Shown here: positions 20,405-31,753 of the stretch, one piece after another
Position numbering within the stretch: the stretch's first letter is position 1
How the letters are laid out: each line of letters begins with the position of its first letter
Assembly: GCA_963719315.1 (NCBI GenBank)
Contig: CAVRBU010000002.1
Span: 960,001 to 1,024,000 of the forward strand
Length of the DNA: 64,000 bases
Source: an uncultured Planctomycetota bacterium
GTDB lineage: Bacteria; Planctomycetota; Planctomycetia; Pirellulales; Lacipirellulaceae
Direction of reading: 5' to 3'
Made by a program: the position numbers and the translations under genes
Notes under the pieces: model-generated
What the model was told of the DNA's origin: nothing
What the model saw: the letters and a program-made list of their open reading frames with translations, nothing else
Database searches by the model: none

Positions 20405-21610
20405 CTACGTATGATAATCTGCGTTCAACCGAACGTACTCCGCAGTGAGATCCGTCGTCCAAAACCGGGCGGCTGATTTTCCTTCTTCCAGAATGAGCAC
20501 GATGCTCGTGTCACGATCGGCGGCGATTGATTTCGAAGTCGCTTCGGCGTCGAAATCGACGGGCGCGCCCCGCTCGTAGAGCAACAGGCCGTTGAGGTAG
20601 AGCGTCACCTTCGACGGATCGAATTGGACGCCCGCGTAACCTGCGGCCGAAACGACGCGGCCCCAGTTGGGATCGGCGCCGGCGATGGCCGTTTTTACGA
20701 GCGGGCTGTCGGCGATCGTCTTGCTGATCTTGAGCGCTTCGGCCCGCGACCGGCAACCGTGGACTTCGACGGTGATGAGGTGCGTGGCGCCTTCGCCGTC
20801 GGCGGGGATGGATTGGGCGAGGTCTTCGCAGACTTCGAGCAATGTCGCGCGAAAATCGTCGAGGGCTTTGCCGGAGAGCGGGGTTGGCGCGGAGTCTGCA
20901 AAGGCGGCGCCGTTGGCGAGGAGAATCACCGTGTCGTTCGTGCTCATATGCCCGTCCACGCTGATGCAATGGAACGATTCGTCGACCGCATCGACGAGTG
21001 CCGCCTGGGCGTCTTGCTTCCGCAGGCAGGCGTCGGTCATGACGAGCGCGAGCATCGTGGCCATGTTGGGGCCGATCATCGCGGCCCCCTTCGCCATGCC
21101 GGTGACCCGCGTGGGGACGCCGCCGATCATGACCTCTCGGCCGCGCAGCTTGGGCACGGTATCGGTCGTCATAATTCCGCGGGCGGCGTTTTCGAGCGAT
21201 TGTTCATCGTCGCCCAGTTTTTGGGCGGCGGCCTGGATGCCGGCGTGAATTTTTTCCATCGGCAGCATCGAGCCGATGACGCCAGTGGACATCACAAGCG
21301 CCTGCTCCGGTCGGGCACCGACGGCTTCAGCCGCCCAGGCCGCCATCTGCCGCGCGTCGGCATCGCCTTGATCGCCAGTGCAGGCGTTGGCCACGCCCGA
21401 GTTAATCGCCACAACGCGAATCGAATCGCCGGGAGTCCGCTCGCGATCGATCTTCACCGGCGCGGCGCACACTAGGTTTTTGGTGTACACACCGGCAGCG
21501 ACGGCCGGTCGGTCGGTGACGACAAGCGACAGATCGAGCTTCGTATCGCTTCGCTTGACGCCAGAATAAACGCCGGCGGCACGGAAACCGTGGGGAAGAC
21601 GAAGGGGCAT
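20405..21610 (-). CDS. argJ: Bifunctional ornithine acetyltransferase/N-acetylglutamate synthase
   Basis: STGVIG, GIMTTDT, GMAKGAAMIGPNMATML, DGEGAT, DPNWGR, EYVRLNADYHT. Confidence 0.97.
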   Translation of the reverse strand: MPLRLPHGFRAAGVYSGVKRSDTKLDLSLVVTDRPAVAAGVYTKNLVCAAPVKIDRERTPGDSIRVVAINSGVANACTGDQGDADARQMAAWAAEAVGARPEQALVMSTGVIGSMLPMEKIHAGIQAAAQKLGDDEQSLENAARGIMTTDTVPKLRGREVMIGGVPTRVTGMAKGAAMIGPNMATMLALVMTDACLRKQDAQAALVDAVDESFHCISVDGHMSTNDTVILLANGAAFADSAPTPLSGKALDDFRATLLEVCEDLAQSIPADGEGATHLITVEVHGCRSRAEALKISKTIADSPLVKTAIAGADPNWGRVVSAAGYAGVQFDPSKVTLYLNGLLLYERGAPVDFDAEATSKSIAADRDTSIVLILEEGKSAARFWTTDLTAEYVRLNADYHT

Positions 21611-21611
21611 C

Positions 21612-21646
21612 GCGGATTCCGGATTTCGGATTTCGGGTTGCGGATT
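21612..21646. repeat. Heptamer tandem repeat (NCGGATT x5) between argC and argJ
   Basis: GCGGATT CCGGATT TCGGATT TCGGGTT GCGGATT. Confidence 0.75.
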
Positions 21647-21649
21647 CAA

Positions 21650-22660
21650 TTACAGCAGTGCAGTCGTTTCGGGGAAGCCGAGCATTAAGTTGAAGTTCTG
21701 CACGGCCGCGCCGGAGGCGCCTTTTATGAGATTGTCGATCGCGCTGATTACCACGACGCGGCCGCGGACGGTGCGGACCGCGATGTCGCAGAAGTTGGTG
21801 CCGCTCACGTGCTTCGTGGCCGGCAGCGACTGCGACAAGCGGACAAATGGCTCGCCGACGTAAAAATCCTGGAGCACACCGAGCAGCGATTTTTCGTTGA
21901 ATTCGCCGGTGGGTTCGGCGTAGCAGGTCGAGAGGATGCCGCGATCCATCGGGATGAGATGCGGCGTGAACACGACCTGCACGTTGGTGGCTGCCACGTC
22001 CGAGAGCACCTGGTCGATTTCCGGCATATGCCGATGTGTGCCGACGCCATAGGCCGAGACGCTTTCGTTGCATTCTGGAAAGTGGAACGCCGGTTTTGGC
22101 TCGCGACCGCCGCCGCTTACGCCGCTTTTACTATCCACAATGATGCCCTGCGGCAGGATGGCGCCGGCCCGCAGCAATGGTGCAAGCGCTAGGATTGCGG
22201 AAGTTGGATAACAACCGGGGTTGGCCACAAGGGACGCCGTTTGAATTCGTTCGCGATAGATTTCCGGAAGACCGTAGACGGTTTCCGGCATCCGCAGGGG
22301 GTCGGGGTGGTCGACCGCGTACCACTGTTTGTATTCGGCGGGGTTGTTCAATCGGTAATCGGCACTGAGGTCGATCACCTTTTTGCCACGCGGCAAGAGA
22401 TCGACGACTGCGGCTGCGCTGGCCCCGTGCGGCAGGCAACAGAAGACGCAATCGGCTCGCTCAGCCACTTGGGCGGGCGAGATGTTTTCGAGCGCGAGAT
22501 CGAGCCGGCCGGCGAGTGCTGGATGTACTTCGCCCACGGGCCGCGCGTCGGTTTGGCGCGTGGTGAGCGCAGTGATGTTTACTTCCGGATGGCGCAGCAG
22601 GATCTTCAGCAACTCAAGCGCTGAATAACCGGATGCACCTAGAATGGCTACGCGAATCAT
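21650..22660 (-). CDS. argC: N-acetyl-gamma-glutamyl-phosphate reductase
   Basis: [52 protein letters not shown]. Confidence 0.97.
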   Translation of the reverse strand: MIRVAILGASGYSALELLKILLRHPEVNITALTTRQTDARPVGEVHPALAGRLDLALENISPAQVAERADCVFCCLPHGASAAAVVDLLPRGKKVIDLSADYRLNNPAEYKQWYAVDHPDPLRMPETVYGLPEIYRERIQTASLVANPGCYPTSAILALAPLLRAGAILPQGIIVDSKSGVSGGGREPKPAFHFPECNESVSAYGVGTHRHMPEIDQVLSDVAATNVQVVFTPHLIPMDRGILSTCYAEPTGEFNEKSLLGVLQDFYVGEPFVRLSQSLPATKHVSGTNFCDIAVRTVRGRVVVISAIDNLIKGASGAAVQNFNLMLGFPETTALL

Positions 22661-22851
22661 GTGAAAAACGACCCTACAAAGCATGACTGCCGCGTTTTTG
22701 ACATGCCCACGCCGCGGCGGCGAGGGCATGCCACCCTAGCGGTCATGCCACGCTTATGGCGGAACTTCGCATTGTAGCGGCAGCAGCACTAAATCGCCAT
22801 GCCACGAACGCCTTGCGAAGAGTGACAACCCGCGTTCAGATGGGGTTCGCC

Positions 22852-23550
22852 ATGCTCGAAATCCTCTACGACAACGGCCCGTGCCTAATGATCAACAAGC
22901 CTGCGGGCATCCTCACGCAAGCGCCCTCCGGCATCGATAGTTTGGAAGTGCAGGTGAAGGCGTTTTATCGCGAGCGGGAAGAGAAGGAAGGCAATATCTA
23001 CCTCGGCCTGCCGCATCGGTTGGATCGGCCCGTGTCGGGGGCGATCGTGTTCGCGCGGCATGTGCGGGCGGCGCAGCGGCTATCGGCACAGTTCGAGAAT
23101 CGCACGGTGACCAAAATTTATTGGGCGGTCGTGGAAGGGGACGTGCAGCCCGACGAAGACTTTTGGACCGATCATCTGCATAAACGGCACGGCATGCCGC
23201 TGTCGATCATTGTGCCAGCAGAAGACCCGCGTGGGAAAGTAGCGGTGATGCGGTACCGAGTGCTAGCCCGAGTTCCGAATGTGGGCACGTGGCTGGAGGT
23301 TGAACTTGAAACCGGCCGCACACACCAGATTCGTGTGCAAGCGGCGTCGCGCGGCCACGCCGTGCTCGGCGATGCCCAGTACGGATCAATGCGCTCGTTT
23401 GGCGAACAGTTCGAAGACGAGCGACTGCGGGCCATCGCCCTCCACGCCCGGCAGCTAGGCTTCAATCATCCGATGACAAACGAACCGGTGGACGTAATTG
23501 CCCCGACACCGCCGGCGTGGCAGACTCTTGACTTGTCTCGCACAGAATGA
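22852..23550 (+). CDS. RluA-family pseudouridine synthase
   Basis: INKPAG, HRLDRPVSG, ETGRTHQIRVQ, LHARQL. Confidence 0.93.
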   Translation: MLEILYDNGPCLMINKPAGILTQAPSGIDSLEVQVKAFYREREEKEGNIYLGLPHRLDRPVSGAIVFARHVRAAQRLSAQFENRTVTKIYWAVVEGDVQPDEDFWTDHLHKRHGMPLSIIVPAEDPRGKVAVMRYRVLARVPNVGTWLEVELETGRTHQIRVQAASRGHAVLGDAQYGSMRSFGEQFEDERLRAIALHARQLGFNHPMTNEPVDVIAPTPPAWQTLDLSRTE

Positions 23551-23574
23551 CCTCCGGTAAGATCGGCGGCAGGG

Positions 23575-23919
23575 CTACTCCTTCTTCTTCGCTGATTTCT
23601 TTTCAGTTTTGCCGCTATCCGTGGAAGTTGATTTCTCGGACGATGTGCTTTTCGTCTCCGACTTCGACTCGCTTTTGCCGTCGCTCTTCGATTCGCTTGC
23701 GGGTTTGTCCTTCTCGGCGCCTTTCTTGTAAGACTCGCTGCGGTAGTCGGTTTGGTAGAAGCCAGAGCCTTTGAAGACGACGGCTGCGCCGGTGCCGAAG
23801 AGGCGGCGAAGTTTCAACTTGCCGCATTTCGGGCATTTCTTCTGCACCGGCTCGGAGATCGACTGGAACAGCTCGAACGTGTGTCCGCAGGCGTCGCATT
23901 CGTAGTCGTAGGTAGGCAT
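23575..23919 (-). CDS. FmdB-family zinc-ribbon protein
   Basis: MPTYDYECDACGHTFE...CPKCG...FKGSGFYQTDY. Confidence 0.92.
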   Translation of the reverse strand: MPTYDYECDACGHTFELFQSISEPVQKKCPKCGKLKLRRLFGTGAAVVFKGSGFYQTDYRSESYKKGAEKDKPASESKSDGKSESKSETKSTSSEKSTSTDSGKTEKKSAKKKE

Positions 23920-24006
23920 GGGCGGAAGGGTACAGGGCACGGGATGCAGGGTGCAGGGAAAACAATTCACAATCGAAAACTGGCCGCGAGCCTACGGCTC
24001 GCCGGG

Positions 24007-24561
24007 TCATGCGGCGCCGACCTCACCGGGTCCGCTGGAGACGATCACCTGTGCCGGTCGCACGACGCGGTCGTGCATTTGGTAACCCGTTTGAGCAACG
24101 AACATGACGTTGCCGGCGGGCACATCTGCCGAAGGCTGTTGCAGAATTGCCTGGTGGAAATTGGGGTCGAACACTTGACCCTCGGCATCCATCGGCTCGC
24201 ATTGGTGGCGGCTAAGGAGCGTGTGGAGTTGCTGCTTCACCAGCCGAAAACCTTCCAGCAGGTTTTCCGCCTCGCCGGCCCTTTCGGCGGCTTCGATCGC
24301 GCGGTCGATGTTGTCGACGACGGGGAGCAAATCACGCACGACTGGCAATGCCGCGTACTTGCGTTCGTCGGCAACTTCGCGCGACGTGCGATTGCGCAAG
24401 TTCTGCATCTCGGCTTGCAATCGCAGCAAGCGATCGTTGGCGTTGGCCAATTCATTGGCGACGTCCGCGGTTTCGCCGCTGCCGGCGGCGCTCATGTCGA
24501 GCGCGTCGGGTTCTTCCGCTTCGCCGTCGGACTTCATTCGTTGATCTTTGTTCGTGGGCAT
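24007..24561 (-). CDS. grpE: Nucleotide exchange factor GrpE
   Basis: LRLQAEMQNLRNR, LLPVVDNIDRA, FDPNFHQAI, GYQMHDRVVRPAQVIV. Confidence 0.95.
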   Translation of the reverse strand: MPTNKDQRMKSDGEAEEPDALDMSAAGSGETADVANELANANDRLLRLQAEMQNLRNRTSREVADERKYAALPVVRDLLPVVDNIDRAIEAAERAGEAENLLEGFRLVKQQLHTLLSRHQCEPMDAEGQVFDPNFHQAILQQPSADVPAGNVMFVAQTGYQMHDRVVRPAQVIVSSGPGEVGAA

Positions 24562-24578
24562 AGTTAGCTCGCCTTCCG

Positions 24579-25709
24579 TTAGTCGGCCGGTTTCGGTTCC
24601 TCTTCGTCGGCAGTGAAATATTCTTTGAGTTTCGCGAAAAAGCTCTTCCGCTCGGGAGCCACGTTCTTGTGCTCCAACTCCGCAAGTTCACGCAGCAAAG
24701 TTTGTTCCTCTTTGCTGAGTTTTTTGGGCACTTCGATAATAACTTGCACGAGCAGGTCGCCGAGCCCTCGCCGGCGCGGGTCGGGCATGCCTTTGCCGCA
24801 AAGCTTGAAAACGGCCCCCGATTGCGTGCCGGCGGGAATTTCGACTTCGCCGCGGCCATCGAGCGTGGGGACTTCGAGAGTCGCTCCCAAGGCCGCCTGG
24901 GCGTAGGTTATCGGCACACGGCAGACCAGGTGTTGGCCGTCGCGCTCAAAGAGCGGATGCGCTAACACCGAGATGAAGCAGTAGCAATCGCCCGGCGGGC
25001 CACCGTTGGGGCTCGGCTCGCCTTCGCCGGTGATCCGGACGCGCATCTCGTCGTCAACGCCGGGTGGAATCTGAACTTCGGTGACGACTTTCTTGAGCAT
25101 CTGCCCGCTGCCGCGACAACTCGGGCAGGGGTGCTTGATCGTGGCGCCCTCGCCGTGGCAGGCGGGGCACGTGGTTTGAATCCGCACGATGCCGGCCGAC
25201 TGAATCACACGGCCTTGCCCGCGACAGTAGCTGCACACCTCGCGACGGCTGCCTTCGGCAGCGCCGCTGCCGTTGCATATGGTGCAGCGATCGTGGCGTT
25301 GAAACTCGACCGTTTTCGTGACTCCGGTCGCTGCTTCTTTCAGCGTGAGAGTCACGTCGCAGCGCACGTCGCGGCCCTTGTGAACGCGGCTTTTGCCGCG
25401 GCCGCTGAACAGGTCGCCGAACAGATCGCCGAAAGCGGAGAAAATGTCCTCGACATCGGTGAAGTGGTGCGCGCCGTACTGGCCATTCAAGCCGGCGTGA
25501 CCGAAGCGATCGTAGCGCGAGCGTTTGTCGGGATCGTTGAGGACTTCAAACGCTTCGGCGGCCTCCTTGAACCGATCGGTCGCTTCCTTGTCGCCGGGGT
25601 TGCGGTCGGGGTGATATTTTACGGCCAACTTACGATAGGCGCCGGCGATCTCGCCGTTGCTGGCGGATCGTGCGACGCCGAGGATTTCGTAGTAATCGCG
25701 CTGGGCCAT
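24579..25709 (-). CDS. dnaJ: Molecular chaperone DnaJ
   Basis: DYYEILGV, HPD motif, four CxxCxGxG zinc-finger repeats. Confidence 0.97.
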   Translation of the reverse strand: MAQRDYYEILGVARSASNGEIAGAYRKLAVKYHPDRNPGDKEATDRFKEAAEAFEVLNDPDKRSRYDRFGHAGLNGQYGAHHFTDVEDIFSAFGDLFGDLFSGRGKSRVHKGRDVRCDVTLTLKEAATGVTKTVEFQRHDRCTICNGSGAAEGSRREVCSYCRGQGRVIQSAGIVRIQTTCPACHGEGATIKHPCPSCRGSGQMLKKVVTEVQIPPGVDDEMRVRITGEGEPSPNGGPPGDCYCFISVLAHPLFERDGQHLVCRVPITYAQAALGATLEVPTLDGRGEVEIPAGTQSGAVFKLCGKGMPDPRRRGLGDLLVQVIIEVPKKLSKEEQTLLRELAELEHKNVAPERKSFFAKLKEYFTADEEEPKPAD

Positions 25710-25715
25710 GTGAGA

Positions 25716-25793
25716 AATGACCAATGACCAAATCCCAAGGACCAATCGTCGGTCGCCGGGGCTTCGTTGGTCATTGGTGTTTGGTCAATGGTG
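25716..25793. repeat. Heptamer-repeat palindrome (AATGACC type) upstream of dnaJ
   Basis: AATGACC AATGACC AAATCCC AAGGACC ... GTTGGTC ATTGGTG TTTGGTC AATGGTG. Confidence 0.7.
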
Positions 25794-25910
25794 CTACTTG
25801 CACAATTCTATGCAAACGGGCCACTTGCCCGAAGGCGAAGTGGCCCGCTTGCGGGTCTGGTGGGCCGGCGATGCGTAGCATCGCGGCTATGGGGTAAACC
25901 GGGATCGGCG

Positions 25911-27530
25911 TTATCGGACGCTGCCGATGACGGCTTTCTTGTTGTCGTCCTTCTTGTCGAAGTTTGTCACTAGGGCCTCGGTCGTGAGCATCAGGCTGGC
26001 GATGCTGGCGGCGTTGGCGAGGGCGGCTTTCACGACCTTCGTGGGGTCGAGGATGCCGGCCTTCATCATGTCGGCGTACTCGCCGGCGTTGGCGTCGTAC
26101 CCGATGTTCGTGCTTTTTTGGCTGACTTCGTCGGCGACGACGCTGCCACTTAAGCCGCAATTATCGGCGATCTGCTTGAGCGGAGCTTGGAGGACGCCGA
26201 GAATGATATCGACGCCGATTCGCTCGTCGCCCTTCGCGGCGGAGCGGACCTTTTCGACGGCTTCCTGGCAGCGGACGAGAGCAACGCCCCCGCCGGGCAG
26301 GATGCCTTCTTCGACGGCCGCCCGCGTTGCGTGGAGCGCGTCTTCGACGCGGGCCTTCTTCTGCTTCATGTCGGCCTCACTCGACGCGCCGACCGAGATG
26401 ATGGCCACGCCGCCGGTCAGCTTGGCAAGCCGCTCTTGGAGCTTCTCGCGGTCGTAGTCGCTGGTCGTGCCTTCGATCGCCTTGCGAATCTGCTCGATTC
26501 GTTTCTGCACGTCTTCGCGTTTACCAGCGCCTTGCACGATCGTGGCGTTGTCCTTGGTGACCGTGATCTTCTTCGCCCGGCCAAGTTCTTCGAGCGTGAT
26601 GTTCTCTAGCTTTTTGCCGAGATCCTCGCTGATGACGGTGCCGCCGGTGAGCGTGGCGATATCGGCCAACATCGCTTTGCGACGATCGCCGAAACCGGGC
26701 GCCTTCACGGCACAGACGTTGAGGATACCGCGGAGCTTGTTGACGACGAGCGCGGCCAGCGCCTCGCCTTCAACATCCTCGGAAATAATGAGTAGCGGTT
26801 TCGCCTTTTGGCTGGTTTGCTCCAGAATCGGCAACAGCTCGCGTAAATTGCTGATCTTTTTTTCATGGATCAGGATCAGCGCGTCCTCGAGTACGCATTC
26901 CATCGTCGCCGGTTGGTTGATGAAGTACGGCGACTGGTAGCCCTTGTCGAACTGCATGCCTTCGACGAGTTCCAGTGTGGTCTCGGTCGTCTTGCCCTCT
27001 TCGACGGTGATGACGCCGTCCTTACCAACCTTTTCCATCGCGTCGGCCAAAAGGTCGCCAATCACACGGTCATTATTCGCGCTGATCGCGCCGACGTGGG
27101 CGATTTCCTGCTTGCTGGTGACCTTCTTCGCCATTTTGTCGAGGTGCTCGGTGGCGGCCGCCACGGCCTTATCGATTCCGCGGCGGACGGCCATCGGGTT
27201 GCTGCCGGCCACGATGTTGCGCGTACCTTCGCGGAGGATGGCACGGGCGAGGACGGTGGCGGTCGTCGTGCCGTCGCCGGCAATCGTCGAGGTCTTGTCG
27301 GCCACTTCGTGCACGAGCTTCGCGCCCATGTTCTCGAACGGGTCTTCGAGCTCGATTTCCTTGCTGACGGTGACGCCGTCTTTGGTGACGGTCGGTCCGC
27401 CGAACGATTTGTTGATAATCACATTGCGGCCGCGCGGGCCGAGGGTGATGGCCACGGCGTCGGCCAATTTATCCACACCGGCAAGCATTTTGGCTCGGGC
27501 GGCGTCGTCGAACATCAATTGTTTTGCCAT
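25911..27530 (-). CDS. groL: Chaperonin GroEL (copy without GGM tail)
   Basis: [28 protein letters not shown]; ends KKAVIGSVR. Confidence 0.97.
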   Translation of the reverse strand: MAKQLMFDDAARAKMLAGVDKLADAVAITLGPRGRNVIINKSFGGPTVTKDGVTVSKEIELEDPFENMGAKLVHEVADKTSTIAGDGTTTATVLARAILREGTRNIVAGSNPMAVRRGIDKAVAAATEHLDKMAKKVTSKQEIAHVGAISANNDRVIGDLLADAMEKVGKDGVITVEEGKTTETTLELVEGMQFDKGYQSPYFINQPATMECVLEDALILIHEKKISNLRELLPILEQTSQKAKPLLIISEDVEGEALAALVVNKLRGILNVCAVKAPGFGDRRKAMLADIATLTGGTVISEDLGKKLENITLEELGRAKKITVTKDNATIVQGAGKREDVQKRIEQIRKAIEGTTSDYDREKLQERLAKLTGGVAIISVGASSEADMKQKKARVEDALHATRAAVEEGILPGGGVALVRCQEAVEKVRSAAKGDERIGVDIILGVLQAPLKQIADNCGLSGSVVADEVSQKSTNIGYDANAGEYADMMKAGILDPTKVVKAALANAASIASLMLTTEALVTNFDKKDDNKKAVIGSVR

Positions 27531-27565
27531 TTTGAATCCTGTTTAGAATGTCACCTATTTGTCTT

Positions 27566-27641
27566 GTCCGTGGTCCGTAGTCCGTAGTCCGTTGCAAAAA
27601 AAAATCTCAATGCAACGGACCACGGACTACGGACAACGGAC
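27566..27641. repeat. Heptamer-repeat hairpin (GTCCGTN x4 / NACGGAC x4) between groES and groEL
   Basis: GTCCGTG GTCCGTA GTCCGTA GTCCGTT GCA ... TGC AACGGAC CACGGAC TACGGAC AACGGAC. Confidence 0.85.
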
Positions 27642-27647
27642 CATCAA

Positions 27648-27947
27648 TTAGCTCACAACCTTCGCGAGAATATCCGTTTCCCGTAGGATCTTGTATTCGT
27701 CGCCGTTGATTTCGACTTCGGAGCCGCCGTACTTGCCGTAGATGACTTCGTCGCCGATTTTGACGCTGAGCTCACCGCGGCTGCCCGAGTCAAGCAACTT
27801 GCCGGGGCCGGTGGCTACGACTTTGCCGCGTTGCGGTTTCTCTTGCGCAGCATCTGGAAGCACGATGCCGCCGGCGGTCATCTCTTCCGCTTCGAGCGGT
27901 TCAACGACGACGCGATCATCCAATGGACGTAATTTGATTTTTGACAT
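27648..27947 (-). CDS. groS: Co-chaperonin GroES
   Basis: [26 protein letters not shown]. Confidence 0.97.
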   Translation of the reverse strand: MSKIKLRPLDDRVVVEPLEAEEMTAGGIVLPDAAQEKPQRGKVVATGPGKLLDSGSRGELSVKIGDEVIYGKYGGSEVEINGDEYKILRETDILAKVVS

Positions 27948-28106
27948 GTGATTTATCCTTTGTGCAGTACTTGTTCGTGTTGGTTGATATGTTGAGTCGA
28001 TTTAATGTCTTAAATGGCGGGCAGGCTGTTAGCTCTTAGCTATTAGTAGTTAGCCAGAAGGAATCAGTCTGCGAGCTAAAAGCTAAGGGTTTATAACTCC
28101 CTGCTC

Positions 28107-29793
28107 CTACATCATTCCACCCATGCCGCCCATTCCTCCCATGCCACCGCCCATGCCTCCCATTCCACCGCCGTGGTCATGGTGATGGCCGCCGCCGGCT
28201 TCCTCTTCTTCCTTGGGAATCTCGGTGATCAGCGATTCGGTGGTGAGCAACAGAGCCGCGACGCTCGCCGCGTTTTGCAGCGCGGTGCGAACGACTTTCG
28301 CAGGATCAACGACGCCAGCCGCGACCAAGTCGCCGTACTCATCCTTGTCGGCGTCATAGCCCTCGTTCTTACCCTTTAGCTGTCGAACGCGGTTGACGAC
28401 CACTTGCCCATCGACGCCTGCGTTCTCGGCGATATACCGCAGCGGGCAGTGAAGCACATTGGCGACGATTTCGGCGCCGTGCTTTTCGTCGCCTTCGAGT
28501 TCGAGCTTTCGGGCGATCTTTTCGCACCGCAAGAGGGCCACACCGCCGCCGACCACGACGCCTTCTTCCAACGCTGCCGCGACGGCGGACTTGGCGTCAT
28601 CAAACAGCGCCTTCTTCTCCTTCATTTCGGATTCGGTCGCGGCGCCGACTTTGATCTGCGCCACGCCGCCGGCCAACTTGGCCAGGCGCTCTTGGAGCTT
28701 CTCGCGATCGTAGTCGCTGTCGGTATTTTCAATTTCCTTTCGGATCTGTTCGGCCCGACCGGTGATGGCGCTCTTGTCGCCGGCGCCGCTGATGATCGTG
28801 GTATTGTCGGAGCTGATGGTGATCTTCTTGGCTCGACCGAGGTCGGAAAGCTTAATGCCATCGAGCTTGATGCCGAGGTCTTTGAAGATGGCCGTCGCAC
28901 CAGTGAGCGTGGCGATGTCGCCGAGCATCGCCTTGCGGCGATCGCCGTATCCCGGGGCTTTCACGGCACAGACTTGCAGAATGCCGCGGAGTTTGTTGAC
29001 CACCAATGTGGCGAGCGCTTCACCTTCGACATCTTCGGCGATGATCAGAAGCGGCTTGCCGGCCTTGGAAACAGCTTCCAAGATCGGCACGAGGTTCTTC
29101 GCGGACGAAATTTTTTCCTCGTAAACGAGAATCAGGCAGTTCTCGAGCTCGACTTCTTGCTCGTCCTGATTGGTGACGAAATGCGGCGAAAGGAAGCCGC
29201 GGTCGAACTGCATGCCTTCGACGACTTCGACCGTCGTTTCGCTGCTGCGACCTTCATCGACGGTGATGACACCGTCTTTGCCGACTTTGGTGAATGCATC
29301 GGCGAGCACGTTGCCGATCGTCGTGTCGTTGTTGCCGGCGATGGCTGCGATCTGCTGCAGGCTTTTCTTGTCTTTGATATCGACCTTTTCGGCTTGCTTG
29401 CCGATCGCCTCGCTAACGGCTTCGACGGCCTTGTTGATGCCGCGGCTCAGGGCCATTGCATCGGCGCCGGCGGCGATCATCTTGAGGCCTTCGCGGAAGA
29501 TGCCTTCGGCGAGCACCGTGGCGGTCGTGGTGCCGTCGCCGGCGACATCGCCCGTCTTGCTGGCCGCTTCCTTCACGAGCTGCGCCGAGGTTTTCGAACG
29601 GGTCATCGAGTTCGATATCTTGAGCGACGGTGACGCCGTCTTTCGTTACCTTGGGCGAACCCCAGCCTTTATCGAGCACGGCATTTCGGCCGCGGGGGCC
29701 GAGCGTGCTGCGGACGGCACGGGCCAACTTCTCGACGCCGGCCGCCAAAGGAGCCCGAGCGTCATCTTCAAATACCATTTGTTTTGCTGCCAC
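28107..29793 (-). CDS. groL: Chaperonin GroEL (His-rich plus GGM tail), frameshift near 29583
   Basis: MAAKQMVF...DPFENLGA (ORF 29413-29793) continues as [10 protein letters not shown] (ORF 28107-29606); ends [26 protein letters not shown]. Confidence 0.93.
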
Positions 29794-29929
29794 GCGTCAA
29801 TCCTCCGGTCATTCGTTTGTTGGACAATTTGGCAAGTCTTAGAAAGCGGGCCACGGCACGCCGCGATGTGTGCGGGTTTCGGCAGCGGCCGCCAAAATTG
29901 GCAGCGCACTGCGAAGTTCCGAAGTATTA

Positions 29930-29946
29930 CGCAAGCGGTGTGCCAG
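29930..29946 (-). promoter_or_regulatory. Sigma-54 (-24/-12) promoter of the chaperone operon
   Basis: Minus strand CTGGCAC-ACCGC-TTGCG matches TGGCAC-N5-TTGC, about 140 nt upstream of the groEL start. Confidence 0.7.
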
Positions 29947-30138
29947 GGATAGGGGGCGGGGCTTAAATGGCTGGTTGGGAAGAGGTTAGTGCGATTTGTA
30001 ATAAGGAAACGTCGACCTTGCCGCCTAGCGGCAGTGCCATATTGGCAGAGAAGTGCCCGTCCTTACGAAAAACGGGGCCAAGCGAAGCTTGGCCCCGTTT
30101 GGGGAATCGAATCAGAAGGCAATGCGCGTTAAGGCGAA

Positions 30139-30768
30139 TTATTCGGTCTTGGTTTTATTGCCGCCTTTTTTGAGTTGCGGCAGCTTGGCTACGAATTTCT
30201 CCGGATCCTTCTCGAAAGCGGCCGGGCAGTTCGGGCAGCAGAAGTAAACCTTCTGGCCCTTGTAGTCAACGGAGTTTGCCGGGTCGATTGGCTTGCCGCT
30301 CACCGGGCACTTGGTCTGGTGCGTGTAGCCCTTCTTCATCGCCGCGGCGCTGAAAGCCAACTTGAGCTTCGCATCGTCGGCGGCGGCATTGAACTTCGCC
30401 AGGCATTTTTCGCAGCAGAAGCCCACCTTGGCATTGCCCATTTCGACCATGTCTTCTTTATTCACCGGCTTGCCGGTAAGTGGGCAGGCAACCTGCACGA
30501 TTTGTCCGGTTTCGAGAAGTTCCCGATGAACCTTCAAGGCGAACTTCTTGGGATCTGCCTTGTACGCCTTGGGGCAATTATCGCAACAGAAATAAACCTT
30601 ATCGCCATTCTTCAGTTCGACGACATGACTTTCGCCTGCCGGCTTGCCCGAAACGGGGCAAGTAGCTTTGAATTCCTGCTTGTCCGACTTGGAGTCGGCA
30701 GCCGTCAGTCCTTTTGCGGCGAACAACAAGGCCAAACCGAGCGGGACGATCATCCAACGCGTTTTCAT
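30139..30768 (-). CDS. Secreted YHS/TRASH-domain protein
   Basis: Signal peptide then three CPV/LxGKP...YFCC..C repeats. Confidence 0.85.
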   Translation of the reverse strand: MKTRWMIVPLGLALLFAAKGLTAADSKSDKQEFKATCPVSGKPAGESHVVELKNGDKVYFCCDNCPKAYKADPKKFALKVHRELLETGQIVQVACPLTGKPVNKEDMVEMGNAKVGFCCEKCLAKFNAAADDAKLKLAFSAAAMKKGYTHQTKCPVSGKPIDPANSVDYKGQKVYFCCPNCPAAFEKDPEKFVAKLPQLKKGGNKTKTE

Positions 30769-30960
30769 GGTAAGACTCCTGCAATAGTTCGATGCGGTTT
30801 GAGATTCGCAGATCGTGCCGTCATTCCGCGGGGCGGCAACGGCCCTAATTGTAGGAGCGGGCCAGCAAACACGCAATCTATGGAAGTTGGGCCAATAGCC
30901 CGCAAAATGAGCGTGATTTCCCAGGAGTTCGGCCATCTTGGCCGGGCAAATCAGGCTGAT

Positions 30961-31745
30961 TTACCCGTACCGAGCCATAATGCGGTCCACGCCCCATGGC
31001 GCAAGACGATTCAACAACAACCACAACCGGCTGCGATTGCCGGCAATCACCTTGTGCCGGCCGCGTTCGATTGCCCTCACGATTTCTCGAGCAACTTCAT
31101 CGGCGGGCATCCGCCGTGGGTCGCCCCAGGGCAACTCGCCTTTGTCTTCGAGCAATGTATCGAAGTGCTCACTTTCCGTTGGGCCAGGCGCGATGAGGAG
31201 TACCTCGATGCCCAGCCGCGCCAACTCCGGCCGCACGGCTTCGCTGAAACCGTGCAGCGCGAATTTGCTGGCTGAGTATTCGCTTTTGTGGGCGCGCCGC
31301 GCTCTCCGAGGATCGATCCGATGTTGACAACAAGCGGTTGTCGGCCTTCGCCGAGGAGCGGCAGCGCTTCGCGGATGAATTCAATGGGCGCAAAGAAGTT
31401 CACTTCCATGATGGGCCGCAACCGGGCCGGATCGGACTCGGCGAAGCGGCCATGCGCGGCGATGCCGGCGTTGTTAATGAGAATGTCGAGGCCGCCGAGC
31501 TCGTCGCGGGCGGCGGCGAGCGAATGTTGTCGCGCTATTGGATCCGTAACGTCGCCGGCAACGCATACCGCGCGGCGGCCTAGTTTGGCGACGTCCGCGG
31601 CGACTTCAGCAAGTCGATCCGCGCAACGCGCCAGCAGAATCAAGTCGGCGCCTCGGCGGGCGAGTTCCAATGCAAGTGCGCGGCCGATTCCGCTCGATGC
31701 GCCTGTGATGAGTGCTCGCCGGTCGGTGAGATTTCGTTTCGCCAT
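30961..31745 (-). CDS. SDR-family oxidoreductase, frameshift near 31290
   Basis: ITGASSGIG, LINNAG, NIGSI then SEYSASKFAL (YxxxK) in the shifted frame. Confidence 0.88.
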
Positions 31746-31753
31746 GTGTACGC

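Noticed and set aside
28404..29633. Long antisense ORFs over groEL, hemH, argJ, MATE and others
   Set aside because: Shadow frames typical of GC-rich coding DNA; no motifs
28107..29793. groEL as a pseudogene or programmed frameshift
   Set aside because: A single indel at GCGC with no other decay or slippery site; better explained as a sequencing error
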